DNA of 64,000 nucleotides from a virus: IMG/VR virus record IMGVR_UViG_3300050821_010487, positions 18,336 to 82,335 of that record; one strand, 5' to 3'. Shown piece by piece: positions 9,210 to 18,200 of this stretch (position 1 is its first letter; each line of letters starts with the position of its first letter). The notes under the pieces were generated by a model. It saw only the letters and a program-made list of their open reading frames with translations, ran no database searches and was not told where the DNA came from. The position numbers and the translations under genes were made by a program.

Positions 9210-12200
9210 ATGGACCTGCTAGACCACTTCTCGCGTGATACAGGCTTTCTTGCTATCGTAGAAGCCATGGGCACGTCCTACCGGCTGTGGCGCGGCGAGG
9301 GGCCGCACGATCAGAAGCCGCTGTCGGACGAGCATGCGGGCCGGTGGTTCACCCCAGACCGGCTGACGGCCGAGGACTACGCCTACAAGAGCGGCGGTCA
9401 CCTGCTCCATCTCGACGTCACCGAAGCGGACAAGGAGCACATCACCAAGCCGGACAGCACCTGGCCTTCGGTGGTCAACGGTGACGCTTCGACCATTCAC
9501 GTGAGCCCGGAGCTGGCTGCCCGCAGCGAGCACCACCCCGGGGGCTGCCCGTCCTGCGACCCGGGCCATGACGAAACCCACCGGCACCAGCGGGAGTGGC
9601 TGAAGTCCCAGGCCGCCGCCGAGCCCGCGCGCTACTTCCACATCACTTCACCGGGCAACCGGGCTGGCATCCAGCACCGCGGCCTGGTCCCAGCCGAAGA
9701 CCTGCACGAGGATGAGCCCGGGGAGTCCGGGGGCGGAGACGCCAGCTCCACCTGGTTCCACGTTCTGCACAAGGCGCCTGAGCATCCCCGGCGCGACGTC
9801 TGGGAGCTGACGCACCCGCACCTGTACGACCTGGACGAGGACTCAAACTTCGAGAACGGCGCCAGCAACCCCTTCGTCCGCACTACGCGGGTGGACCCGG
9901 ATCATCTGCGCCTGGTGCACGAGGGCGCCGTTTCACGTGGAACATCGCTGGAGGCTGCTGCCCGCCCCGGCCGGGGCGAGAAGGTCTGCCCCTGCTGCCA
10001 GGGTGAGGGCGAGCACGGCGACGGCTCCGAATGCGACCCGTGCGACGGCCAGGGCATCGTCCACTCCAATGAGCCGGACCGTTACTGCCCCGGCCAGCCA
10101 CAGCCCCGCCGCCGCCACTGGAGGGAGGGAGCGGCCGTGGATGACGAGAAGAGCCCGGATCTCCTGGAGCACTTCCAGGTCGCGGCGATGGCATGGGAGA
10201 ACCAGAGCCCCCGGGACAAGACCCAGTACACCCCCATCAGTGTCCGCCACGCCGGGTTCGCTGGCCTAGTCGGCGACAGCGAGTATGACCGGGAACTGCG
10301 GGAGGATACCGGCGAGGAGCGCGCCGAGGACGGCCATTTTGATGAGGACCTCTACGACGACACGTCGCCCGAGCCGACTCACGAGGAGAAGGCCCACTAC
10401 GACGAGCACGACGAGTGGCCCGACAGTTTCTACGAGCGCCACGACCAGGCCTACGAGCAGGCGGTCAGCCAGCGCAAGAAGGCGGCCGAGGAGGAGGACA
10501 CCCCCGACCACGAGGACGAGGGGCTGATGCACTTCGTCCGCGAGCACGGCGGCAACACCGATCTGTGGAAGAAGCACGGCGAGTTCGGCCCGGTGGACAT
10601 CAAGCACCAGCCGGTCTACGCCACCCAGTCGCATGTCGCCAAGGAGCACATCGAGCGCTACCAGGGCGACCGCCAGGCCCCGAGCCACGCGGAGAGCCTG
10701 CACGGCGACCGGTCCCATGTGGGGTACCTCGGCGATAAGCACCCGCTGTTCGTCACTCACGAGGGCCGGGTGCACACGATCGAGGGCCACCACCGGGTTG
10801 CGACCGACATGGCGATGGGGCGGCACGAGACGCTCGGCTGGCATTTCAACCTGGACAAGCACCCGCGCCTGGCCGACCGCTGGGAGGAGGACCCGGAGGA
10901 CTGGGAAGGCAAGATCGCCGAGCATCACCAGCATCTGCAGGCCCAGGGCGGCTTCGAGCATCCACTGGCACCAGGTCACCTGGGCGAGCAGGGTTACCGG
11001 GTGCACGACGAGAACCGGGGCTTCTACGCCGAGCGCGACAACTGGTCCGGGCACCAGCCGCAGCAGACCTGGGGCACGCTGCACCTGCACCACCCGGATG
11101 GGACCGCTGTGGCTCATCTCGACTACGCCCAGGTCGGCAAGGACGAGGACCCCCATCACGAGATGCATGTCGAGGACCTGCGGTCTGGTGAGGGCGGCAA
11201 GGGCTATGCCTCGGCGCTGATGGACCACGTCTACGCCACCCACCCAGAGCCTGCCGAGGTCTCTCACTCGCTGCGCACCGACGAGGGCGGCGGCTGGTGG
11301 GAGCACTACATCGCCAAGCGGCCCGAGATCGCCGAGCGCGAGCGGCGCCAGGAAGAAGGCGGCGAAGGGCATGAGGTGGTCGCCCACTTCGAGGAAGAAG
11401 CAGCTCCAGCAGCCGGGCCGCGCCCCGCTGCCCTACCTTCCGAGGACTGGGAGGAGCATCTCCGGAAGCTGCGCTACCGCAAGCGCAACGAGCCCCTGAT
11501 GCACCGGGGCATGGCGATCGAGCTGCCGCCCGAGGTGCACGACTTCGTTCATGACCAGTGCCAGACCCGGGACAGGCAGGCTCAGGCGATCCTCGACCAC
11601 CTGAAGAGCCAGCCTCTCGGCATGCACTGGTCCACTGACGAGCGAGTTCCCCGGTTCTTCGCGGGCAAGGAGCGAAAGAACAACCTGCCGGGGTCCACGA
11701 AGGTCATCCTGCACGCGAAGCTGCCCGGGGCCAGCGACATCGAGACCGACCCGCAGAAGCTGCAGGAGGAGGCGGTCTTCCGGCACGACAACTGGATGGG
11801 CGGCGAGCACGAGATCCCGATGAAGGCCGGCGCCCCCGTCCACGTCACGGGGGTGACCTGGTACGGCTACGGCAACCGCAAGCGCACCGGTCATGTCTGG
11901 GGCGAGCAGCATCTCGCTGTCCGGGGCGGGGAACCGGAGCCCGAGATTGAGGTGGTTGCCCACTTCGAGGCCGAGGCGGCTCATCAAGGCCCCCTCACCA
12001 TGGAATACGCCCACAACACCGAAAAGGCTCCCGACATGGGCGAGATTTTCGGCCAGCACGTTGAGCCGCACGGCCGGTACATGGTGCAGCGGGAGCCGGG
12101 CGACTCCTACGGCCAGGACCCGAGGTGGGTGACCGGAACAGTCACCTTTCACAACCCGCTGCACGTTCCTTACGGCGGCCTGGCCAGCGAGCCCACCAAC

Positions 12201-15191
12201 TGGAAGCACCAGCTCAGTGAGCAGTTCGGAGGCAAGCGCGGCAAGGCCTTGTCCCGGGCGGTTACCAAGGCCGGTCACGATGCGATCGTCACGCATGACG
12301 AGGACGGATCGACCCGCGAGATCGTTGACCTGACGGGCTTCCACCGGCAGGGGACGGCCGAGCCGGACCCTGAGCCCGTGGCGGTGGTCGCCCATTTCGA
12401 GGAAGGGGGACATCGCCCCGTCGGCTTTCCGATCTACCGGGGGCTTATTGTCGGCCCCGAGCACCGGGACAACCCACTAGCTGGTGTCCGCACGAACGGG
12501 ATAGGCGAACACTGGACCGATGATGAAGAGGAGGCCCGCAACTGGGCTACGCCTGGTCACGACATCGGCAACCCGTTGCACGAACACGGCATCGGTGTGG
12601 TGCTGCACGCTGATCATCCCGGCGAAGAGCATGAGATGCCTGACTGGAGGAAAGCTGCCACGGGGGTGTATGACGAGGCCGAGGATGATGATGACGGCTG
12701 GGGAACCGAGCGCGAGATAGCCCTGGACGATGGTGCTCCGATCCATGTTCACCACGTGTCTTACGGTCCTGATTTCGAGACCGAACACCCGGTACACCTG
12801 CACGCCGAGGCTGCTGCTGGCGGTAATCCGGCGCGGCTTTGCGCCCACTTCGAGGCCACCGCCACCGAGCACACCGGGATGACTCACGACGAGCTGGACC
12901 AGCACCTGGAGACCTGGTTCCGCCCGCAGCGCCTGGATGCCGAACGGACTACGCATCCCCGCAGCGGCTACCAGGTCGAGACGGGCACTCAGCTCCGGCT
13001 GCACCAGCCGTCCCGCGACGACGAGGGCCCCGGCGAGGACGGCGTCGAAGGCCCGGTTCACTTCGAGGTCTGGGACCACGGCGACCCGCACACCCAGACC
13101 GGGCTGCAGGGGCTGCAGTACCCGAAGAAGACCGGTGAGACCCGGCCGGTCGAGCACGTCTACCGGGGGGTGTCCGCAGACGAGTGGCGGCAGGCCCAGC
13201 AGCGCGGCCACGTCCAGTCCGACGGCCGGGGCACGATCGGCTCCTGGGAGGGCACCAACGCCGACGTGGACCCGAAAGCGGCGGTGTCCTACCTGCCCCG
13301 CAACGCCACCGGCCACATCCTCAAGATCCGGGTGCACCCAGACGACGGCTGGTTCACCCACAGCGCAGACAGCTATGTCCGCACCCGCCACCCGGTCCCG
13401 CTGGACCGGGTGGAGGCGGTCTCCCCGGAGATCACCAAGGGCGGCAAGTACGGCGGCGAGATCACCGTCGGCAAGACCGCTTCGCTGCAGGCGACGGCCG
13501 CGCTGGAGAACCCCTACACCGGTCATGGTGTCTGGTACCACGGCACCCAGGCCGACCCGGAGGACATCAGGCAGCACGGCCTGTCGAACGCGGGCGAGCA
13601 TGCCACCGGCCGGTACCAGGTCCCGGAGAGCGAGTCCGACGATTCCGGCCACTGGAACGCGATGGTTGGCAGTCACTTCACCGCCGACCATGCCATCGCG
13701 GGGGAGTTCGCCAAAGGTGAGCACGAAGGCAGCGACAACGAGGGCTACTGGGGCGAGGACGAGCCTGAGCACCACGGGATCATCCACGCCTACGTGCACC
13801 TGAAGAACCCGAAGGTCTATTCCTCCGAGCACGACATGGACCACGAGGCCTACGAGCACGAGTTCGCCGCGGGCAATCACCCCTCGAACCATCATCCAGG
13901 CCTCGGCCGGGAAGGTGACGCCGACGAGCTGGCCGACGCCGAGGAGATGTGGCCGCACGCGCACCGGATCGCCCGGGATTACGGGCACAGCGAGATCCCC
14001 CGGAGCGTCTACGGCCATCACATGTCACCGTTCGAGCAGCACCCGATGCGGACCGCCTGGCTGAACACACACCCGGACAAGGTGGGGATCGCCGACCGGT
14101 TCAAGCAGCGGCTGATGGACGCCGGCCACGACGGCATCGTCTACGGCAACGAGTACGAGCGCAGCAACCGCGGTGCCGCCGCCAATTCCTCAGTCGTCGC
14201 CTTCCATCCGCATCAGGTCGAGATCACTCAGCACCACCACGTCGATGAGCCCCACGACCCGGACCCTGAGCCCAGCGGGCACCTGGCGGCCCTGGCCTCG
14301 CTGCCGGACGCCCCGGAGCAGAAGCCCGCGGTGGTGCAGCACTTCGGGGTGCAGGACGATCACGAGGAGTGGGAGCGCCGGGTGACGCCGCCGTACACCG
14401 GCCAGCCGCTGTTCCACGGCACCCGCTCGATCCTGGAGCCTGATGAGGAGCTGACCCACGAGCAGGCGGCGGAGCACGCGAACAACACCGACATCCATGC
14501 CGAGCCTTACGTGCACGCGACCAGCAGCGGCGCCGAGGCGCACGACTGGGGCAAGCGTGCCGATTCCTCTCAGGCCGCCTGGCGGATGGAGGAGCTGGGC
14601 CGCGCCCGCGATCTGCGGCCGGGCGAGAACGAGGATCAGGCCTATCCCTCGCGGGTCTACCAGGTGCATCCTCTCGGCGATGTCGAGCCCGACCCGCACA
14701 AGGAAGGCGCTTCCTACCGCTCGGCCAGCCCAATGCGGGTGATCAAGGAGGTGCGCCCGTTGTCCTGCTACGCCGAGGAGTGCGACAACGCCGAGCACTG
14801 GCCGGATCACCCGCACTACGAGCACCTGGCCCGGGACGAGGATGACGAGGACATGAATCACTACGCGGCGGCCCAGCCGGGTCAGTACATCGCTCAGCCT
14901 CCCCGCACCGCGGCCGTGGTCGCCCACTTCGACGCCGGGGCCCTGAGCGCCTCTGAGAGCCCCGGGTTCGCCCGGGGGGTCCTGGAGGGCATGCCGGCTC
15001 TCCACCACGCCGTGGCGGGCAGCCTGGAGGCCCTGGCGGGGAGTTTTGCGGAGTCCCCGGTGCACCCGCACCTGGTGGACCAGCTCATCGACATGGCGAG
15101 CGCGGCCCGCTCCGCGGAGAGCCACGCCAGGGACCTGGTGGCCCAGTTGCCGGCCGCAGAAGGTGTGTGCGAGCCAGCCCCAAAAGCGTGA
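9210..15191 (+). CDS. Giant polyvalent protein A (about 8 ADP-ribosyltransferase-fold domains incl. one Arr-like, DnaJ-type Zn finger, ParB, GNAT)
   Basis: 1993 aa; ART first-strand motifs LWRG, YFHIT, MHRG, YAHNT, IYRG, VYRG, WYHGT, LFHGT; IEGHHR (ParB); GKGYASALM (GNAT); CxxCxGxG repeats. Confidence 0.8.
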   Translation: MDLLDHFSRDTGFLAIVEAMGTSYRLWRGEGPHDQKPLSDEHAGRWFTPDRLTAEDYAYKSGGHLLHLDVTEADKEHITKPDSTWPSVVNGDASTIHVSPELAARSEHHPGGCPSCDPGHDETHRHQREWLKSQAAAEPARYFHITSPGNRAGIQHRGLVPAEDLHEDEPGESGGGDASSTWFHVLHKAPEHPRRDVWELTHPHLYDLDEDSNFENGASNPFVRTTRVDPDHLRLVHEGAVSRGTSLEAAARPGRGEKVCPCCQGEGEHGDGSECDPCDGQGIVHSNEPDRYCPGQPQPRRRHWREGAAVDDEKSPDLLEHFQVAAMAWENQSPRDKTQYTPISVRHAGFAGLVGDSEYDRELREDTGEERAEDGHFDEDLYDDTSPEPTHEEKAHYDEHDEWPDSFYERHDQAYEQAVSQRKKAAEEEDTPDHEDEGLMHFVREHGGNTDLWKKHGEFGPVDIKHQPVYATQSHVAKEHIERYQGDRQAPSHAESLHGDRSHVGYLGDKHPLFVTHEGRVHTIEGHHRVATDMAMGRHETLGWHFNLDKHPRLADRWEEDPEDWEGKIAEHHQHLQAQGGFEHPLAPGHLGEQGYRVHDENRGFYAERDNWSGHQPQQTWGTLHLHHPDGTAVAHLDYAQVGKDEDPHHEMHVEDLRSGEGGKGYASALMDHVYATHPEPAEVSHSLRTDEGGGWWEHYIAKRPEIAERERRQEEGGEGHEVVAHFEEEAAPAAGPRPAALPSEDWEEHLRKLRYRKRNEPLMHRGMAIELPPEVHDFVHDQCQTRDRQAQAILDHLKSQPLGMHWSTDERVPRFFAGKERKNNLPGSTKVILHAKLPGASDIETDPQKLQEEAVFRHDNWMGGEHEIPMKAGAPVHVTGVTWYGYGNRKRTGHVWGEQHLAVRGGEPEPEIEVVAHFEAEAAHQGPLTMEYAHNTEKAPDMGEIFGQHVEPHGRYMVQREPGDSYGQDPRWVTGTVTFHNPLHVPYGGLASEPTNWKHQLSEQFGGKRGKALSRAVTKAGHDAIVTHDEDGSTREIVDLTGFHRQGTAEPDPEPVAVVAHFEEGGHRPVGFPIYRGLIVGPEHRDNPLAGVRTNGIGEHWTDDEEEARNWATPGHDIGNPLHEHGIGVVLHADHPGEEHEMPDWRKAATGVYDEAEDDDDGWGTEREIALDDGAPIHVHHVSYGPDFETEHPVHLHAEAAAGGNPARLCAHFEATATEHTGMTHDELDQHLETWFRPQRLDAERTTHPRSGYQVETGTQLRLHQPSRDDEGPGEDGVEGPVHFEVWDHGDPHTQTGLQGLQYPKKTGETRPVEHVYRGVSADEWRQAQQRGHVQSDGRGTIGSWEGTNADVDPKAAVSYLPRNATGHILKIRVHPDDGWFTHSADSYVRTRHPVPLDRVEAVSPEITKGGKYGGEITVGKTASLQATAALENPYTGHGVWYHGTQADPEDIRQHGLSNAGEHATGRYQVPESESDDSGHWNAMVGSHFTADHAIAGEFAKGEHEGSDNEGYWGEDEPEHHGIIHAYVHLKNPKVYSSEHDMDHEAYEHEFAAGNHPSNHHPGLGREGDADELADAEEMWPHAHRIARDYGHSEIPRSVYGHHMSPFEQHPMRTAWLNTHPDKVGIADRFKQRLMDAGHDGIVYGNEYERSNRGAAANSSVVAFHPHQVEITQHHHVDEPHDPDPEPSGHLAALASLPDAPEQKPAVVQHFGVQDDHEEWERRVTPPYTGQPLFHGTRSILEPDEELTHEQAAEHANNTDIHAEPYVHATSSGAEAHDWGKRADSSQAAWRMEELGRARDLRPGENEDQAYPSRVYQVHPLGDVEPDPHKEGASYRSASPMRVIKEVRPLSCYAEECDNAEHWPDHPHYEHLARDEDDEDMNHYAAAQPGQYIAQPPRTAAVVAHFDAGALSASESPGFARGVLEGMPALHHAVAGSLEALAGSFAESPVHPHLVDQLIDMASAARSAESHARDLVAQLPAAEGVCEPAPKA

Positions 15192-15216
15192 GCCGCCAGG
15201 CCGAGGCGGCGGTCAC
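15179..15216 (+). other. Candidate programmed -1 ribosomal frameshift signal
   Basis: C_CCA_AAA in frame with ORF A, 6 nt spacer, GCCGCC-N7-GGCGGC hairpin; -1 frame is ORF B. Confidence 0.55.
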
Positions 15217-18200
15217 TGAACCTGTTTATGGCGGCTACGCGCACCAGTGGGACGACTACGAAGATCCTGAGGACAACGAGGACGAGTACGACACCTGCTA
15301 CCACTGCCAGCGCAACCACAACCCGCACGAGCACGCGGGAGATCAGACGTTCAGCCCCGACTGGCACGAGGAGCTGCCAAAGATCCCCTCGATCCACCGG
15401 TCGGTCGGTGTCGTCCTGCCTGACGAGCTGGACAAGAAGGTCCACGACCCGGCGACCCCGCCGCACGAGGCCGCCTCGGCGCTGATGCACCACCTGACGA
15501 CCGCCTACCCCTACCAGGGCCACACCCACTGGTCGGCCCATCAGGGGCTGGAGCACGCCGAGAAGACCTTCGGCCATGCCCACCCGGAGGGCTACCACGG
15601 CCCATCGAGCAAGATCACCCGGGTGATGATGCACGCCAAGACCCCCCGCCCGGACGACATCGAGTACGACAACGACTCGCTGATCGAGGACGAGATCAGT
15701 CCCTACCGGCACCCTGAGTACGAGGTCCCGCTGCACCCGAATGCCCCCGTGCATCTCACGGGAGTGAGCTGGAGCCGCCCGCAGACCGGCCGCTGGAACG
15801 AGGGGGGCAGCAAGTGGCACAGTGACCCGGCGCCGGCCGTGCACCATCACATGTTCGGGAAGCCTTTCGAGCTGACTGCCGCCCTGGATAGGGCTGCGGC
15901 TCTCAAGCGTGCCACCGCCGCGATCGAGCACGAGCCCACCGGTGACGGCGCACACTGGTTCGAGCACTTCGATTCTGAGGGCAACTCCGCTGGCCACGCC
16001 ATCGTCCATGAGCGCCCCGATCACACCTGGGTCCAGTCGATGACGGTCAACCCGGGCGAGCGCGGCAAGGGCATCGGCGCCGGGCTGCTCGACCACGTCC
16101 AGAACCACTTCGGCAAGCCGCTGCGGCTCAAGCCCTACCCGATCGGGGAGCGCGAGGACGACCCGGGCGAGGAACAGCTCCGCGACTGGTACGGGCGCCG
16201 GGGCTTCACCGACTACGAGCGCCGCGAGGGCGACGACCTGGACGCGCACGACTGGATGGAGCGTCACGCGGCCGGCGAGATCCTCCGCAACCCGCACACT
16301 CAAGGCCGTGAGTGGTACCACGGCACCAAGGCCAGCAGCGAGCAGCTAGCGGGCGGCTTCCGCATCGCGGACAGCGACCCGGACCCCGACTGGCCGGCGC
16401 ACTGGTCCACCGGGGTGGGCGTGCACTTCGCCGCGCATCACTCAATGGCCAGCAAGTTCGCCGACCCGAACATTGGGGTCGGCGGCAAGGGCGGCGCGGC
16501 CGACCCGTGGCACAGCACCACTCCCTCGGTGGTGCATGCGCGGCTGCACATCACCAACCCGAAGGTGTATCCCAACGAAGACAGGATGGCCGACGACGTC
16601 TTCGAGCACGAGTACGACCACCGGAAGAACTACATCAGCAGGTACCTCGACGGGGGCGATAAGGAGGGCGATAAGGAGGCCCCCTACGCGGCCAGCGACT
16701 ACTTCTCCTACGACCACCACCCTTCGGAACGGCCCTCCCGGGGCGAGGACGAGCACTTCGATGACTGGGAAGACCACAGTGAATGGGGCGAGGAGCAGCC
16801 GGAGCCGGTCTACCGCCGCGAGCAGTGGCTGAACCTGCACCCGGACCAGGCGGGCATCGCCAAGCGGTACCGGGAGCGGCTCCAGTCCGAGGGCCACGAC
16901 GGCATCGTCTACGGCAACAGCGCGCCGGACGAACGAGTACGCTCCTCCAAGCCTGAGTCCAACATGGCGGCCATCGCTTTCCACCCGCACCAGATCGAGA
17001 TCACCAAGCACCACGTCCACGGCGACGAGCACAAGACCGCCGCCCGCTGGGAACCTAGCTCGGGCGTGTTCGGCCCGACGACCGGCCACGACCCCCGGCT
17101 GTTCGAGAACCACGAGCTGCGCCCGGAGGTCCGCCGCGACCTGATGGAGCGCCTCGACCGGGCGCTGCGGGTGGACACCGGCCTGGTGGGCAGCGACTGG
17201 CAGGACTGGACCCGGATCTACCTGGTCGGCGGGTCAGCGTCGGAGTGGGCTGGAGCGCGGCCGAACGACGCCGCCCAGGACCTGGACGTCGTCATCGGGG
17301 TGAACTTCTTCGAGGCACGGCGCCACCAGAGCCAGTCCGATGCCTTCCAGAACATGGACTCCGATCAGATCGCCACCGCGTTCAACTCGGCGCTGCGGGC
17401 GGCGTTCAACGACCCGGACTGGCACCCGGGCTTCGGGGGCACCTGGCAGCTCACCGCCTACGTCAACCCGCTGGCGTGGGACATCACCGCGATCAAGCCG
17501 TACGCGGCCTACGACGTCAGCGACATGAAGTGGGCGGTGCACCCGCCGCACCTGCCCGAGCACTCGGTGGCCGACTTCCACCCGGCGATCCTGGCGATAG
17601 CCCGCGCGGTGGCGACCGAGGTCCGCGCGGTCCTGCGGCTGCCCGAGCCCGCCCGCACCCGCGAGGCCCGCGCGCTGTGGGAGCGCATCCACTCCGACCG
17701 GAGCCGGGCGTTCTCCGGGGAGGGCGAGGGCTGGGAAGATCCTGGGAACCTGATCGAGAAGTACCTCGCTTACGCTCCCGGCAACATCCTCGGCCAGATC
17801 AAGGACCTGGTCTGGGCCCAGACGAAGACGGCCGACCTCCAGCAGCAGGTCAAGACGGCGGTGGCCACGGGCGTCTGGTACCACGGCACCCCCGACGACC
17901 GGAACTGGGAGCACGGCGCTGCCAACGGTTTGCATATCGGAACCGAGGAGGCGGCCCGCCAGGCACTGAACGCCCGGATCGGCAAGCCTCACGAGGGCGA
18001 GTGGGACGGCACCCGGCCGTACGGCAGGACGCTGCTGAGTCCTGCCCAGACCACGGGTGTCGAGCGGAACCTGACCATGCCCCGCTATCCGAGCGGCAGG
18101 GCGACCTATTCCGACGGCAAGCAGGTCCCGGCCGACGCCCGGCCGAACATCTTCCCGGTGCGGGTCAAAGGCGAGATGGCTAACACCCCGCACGATCCGG

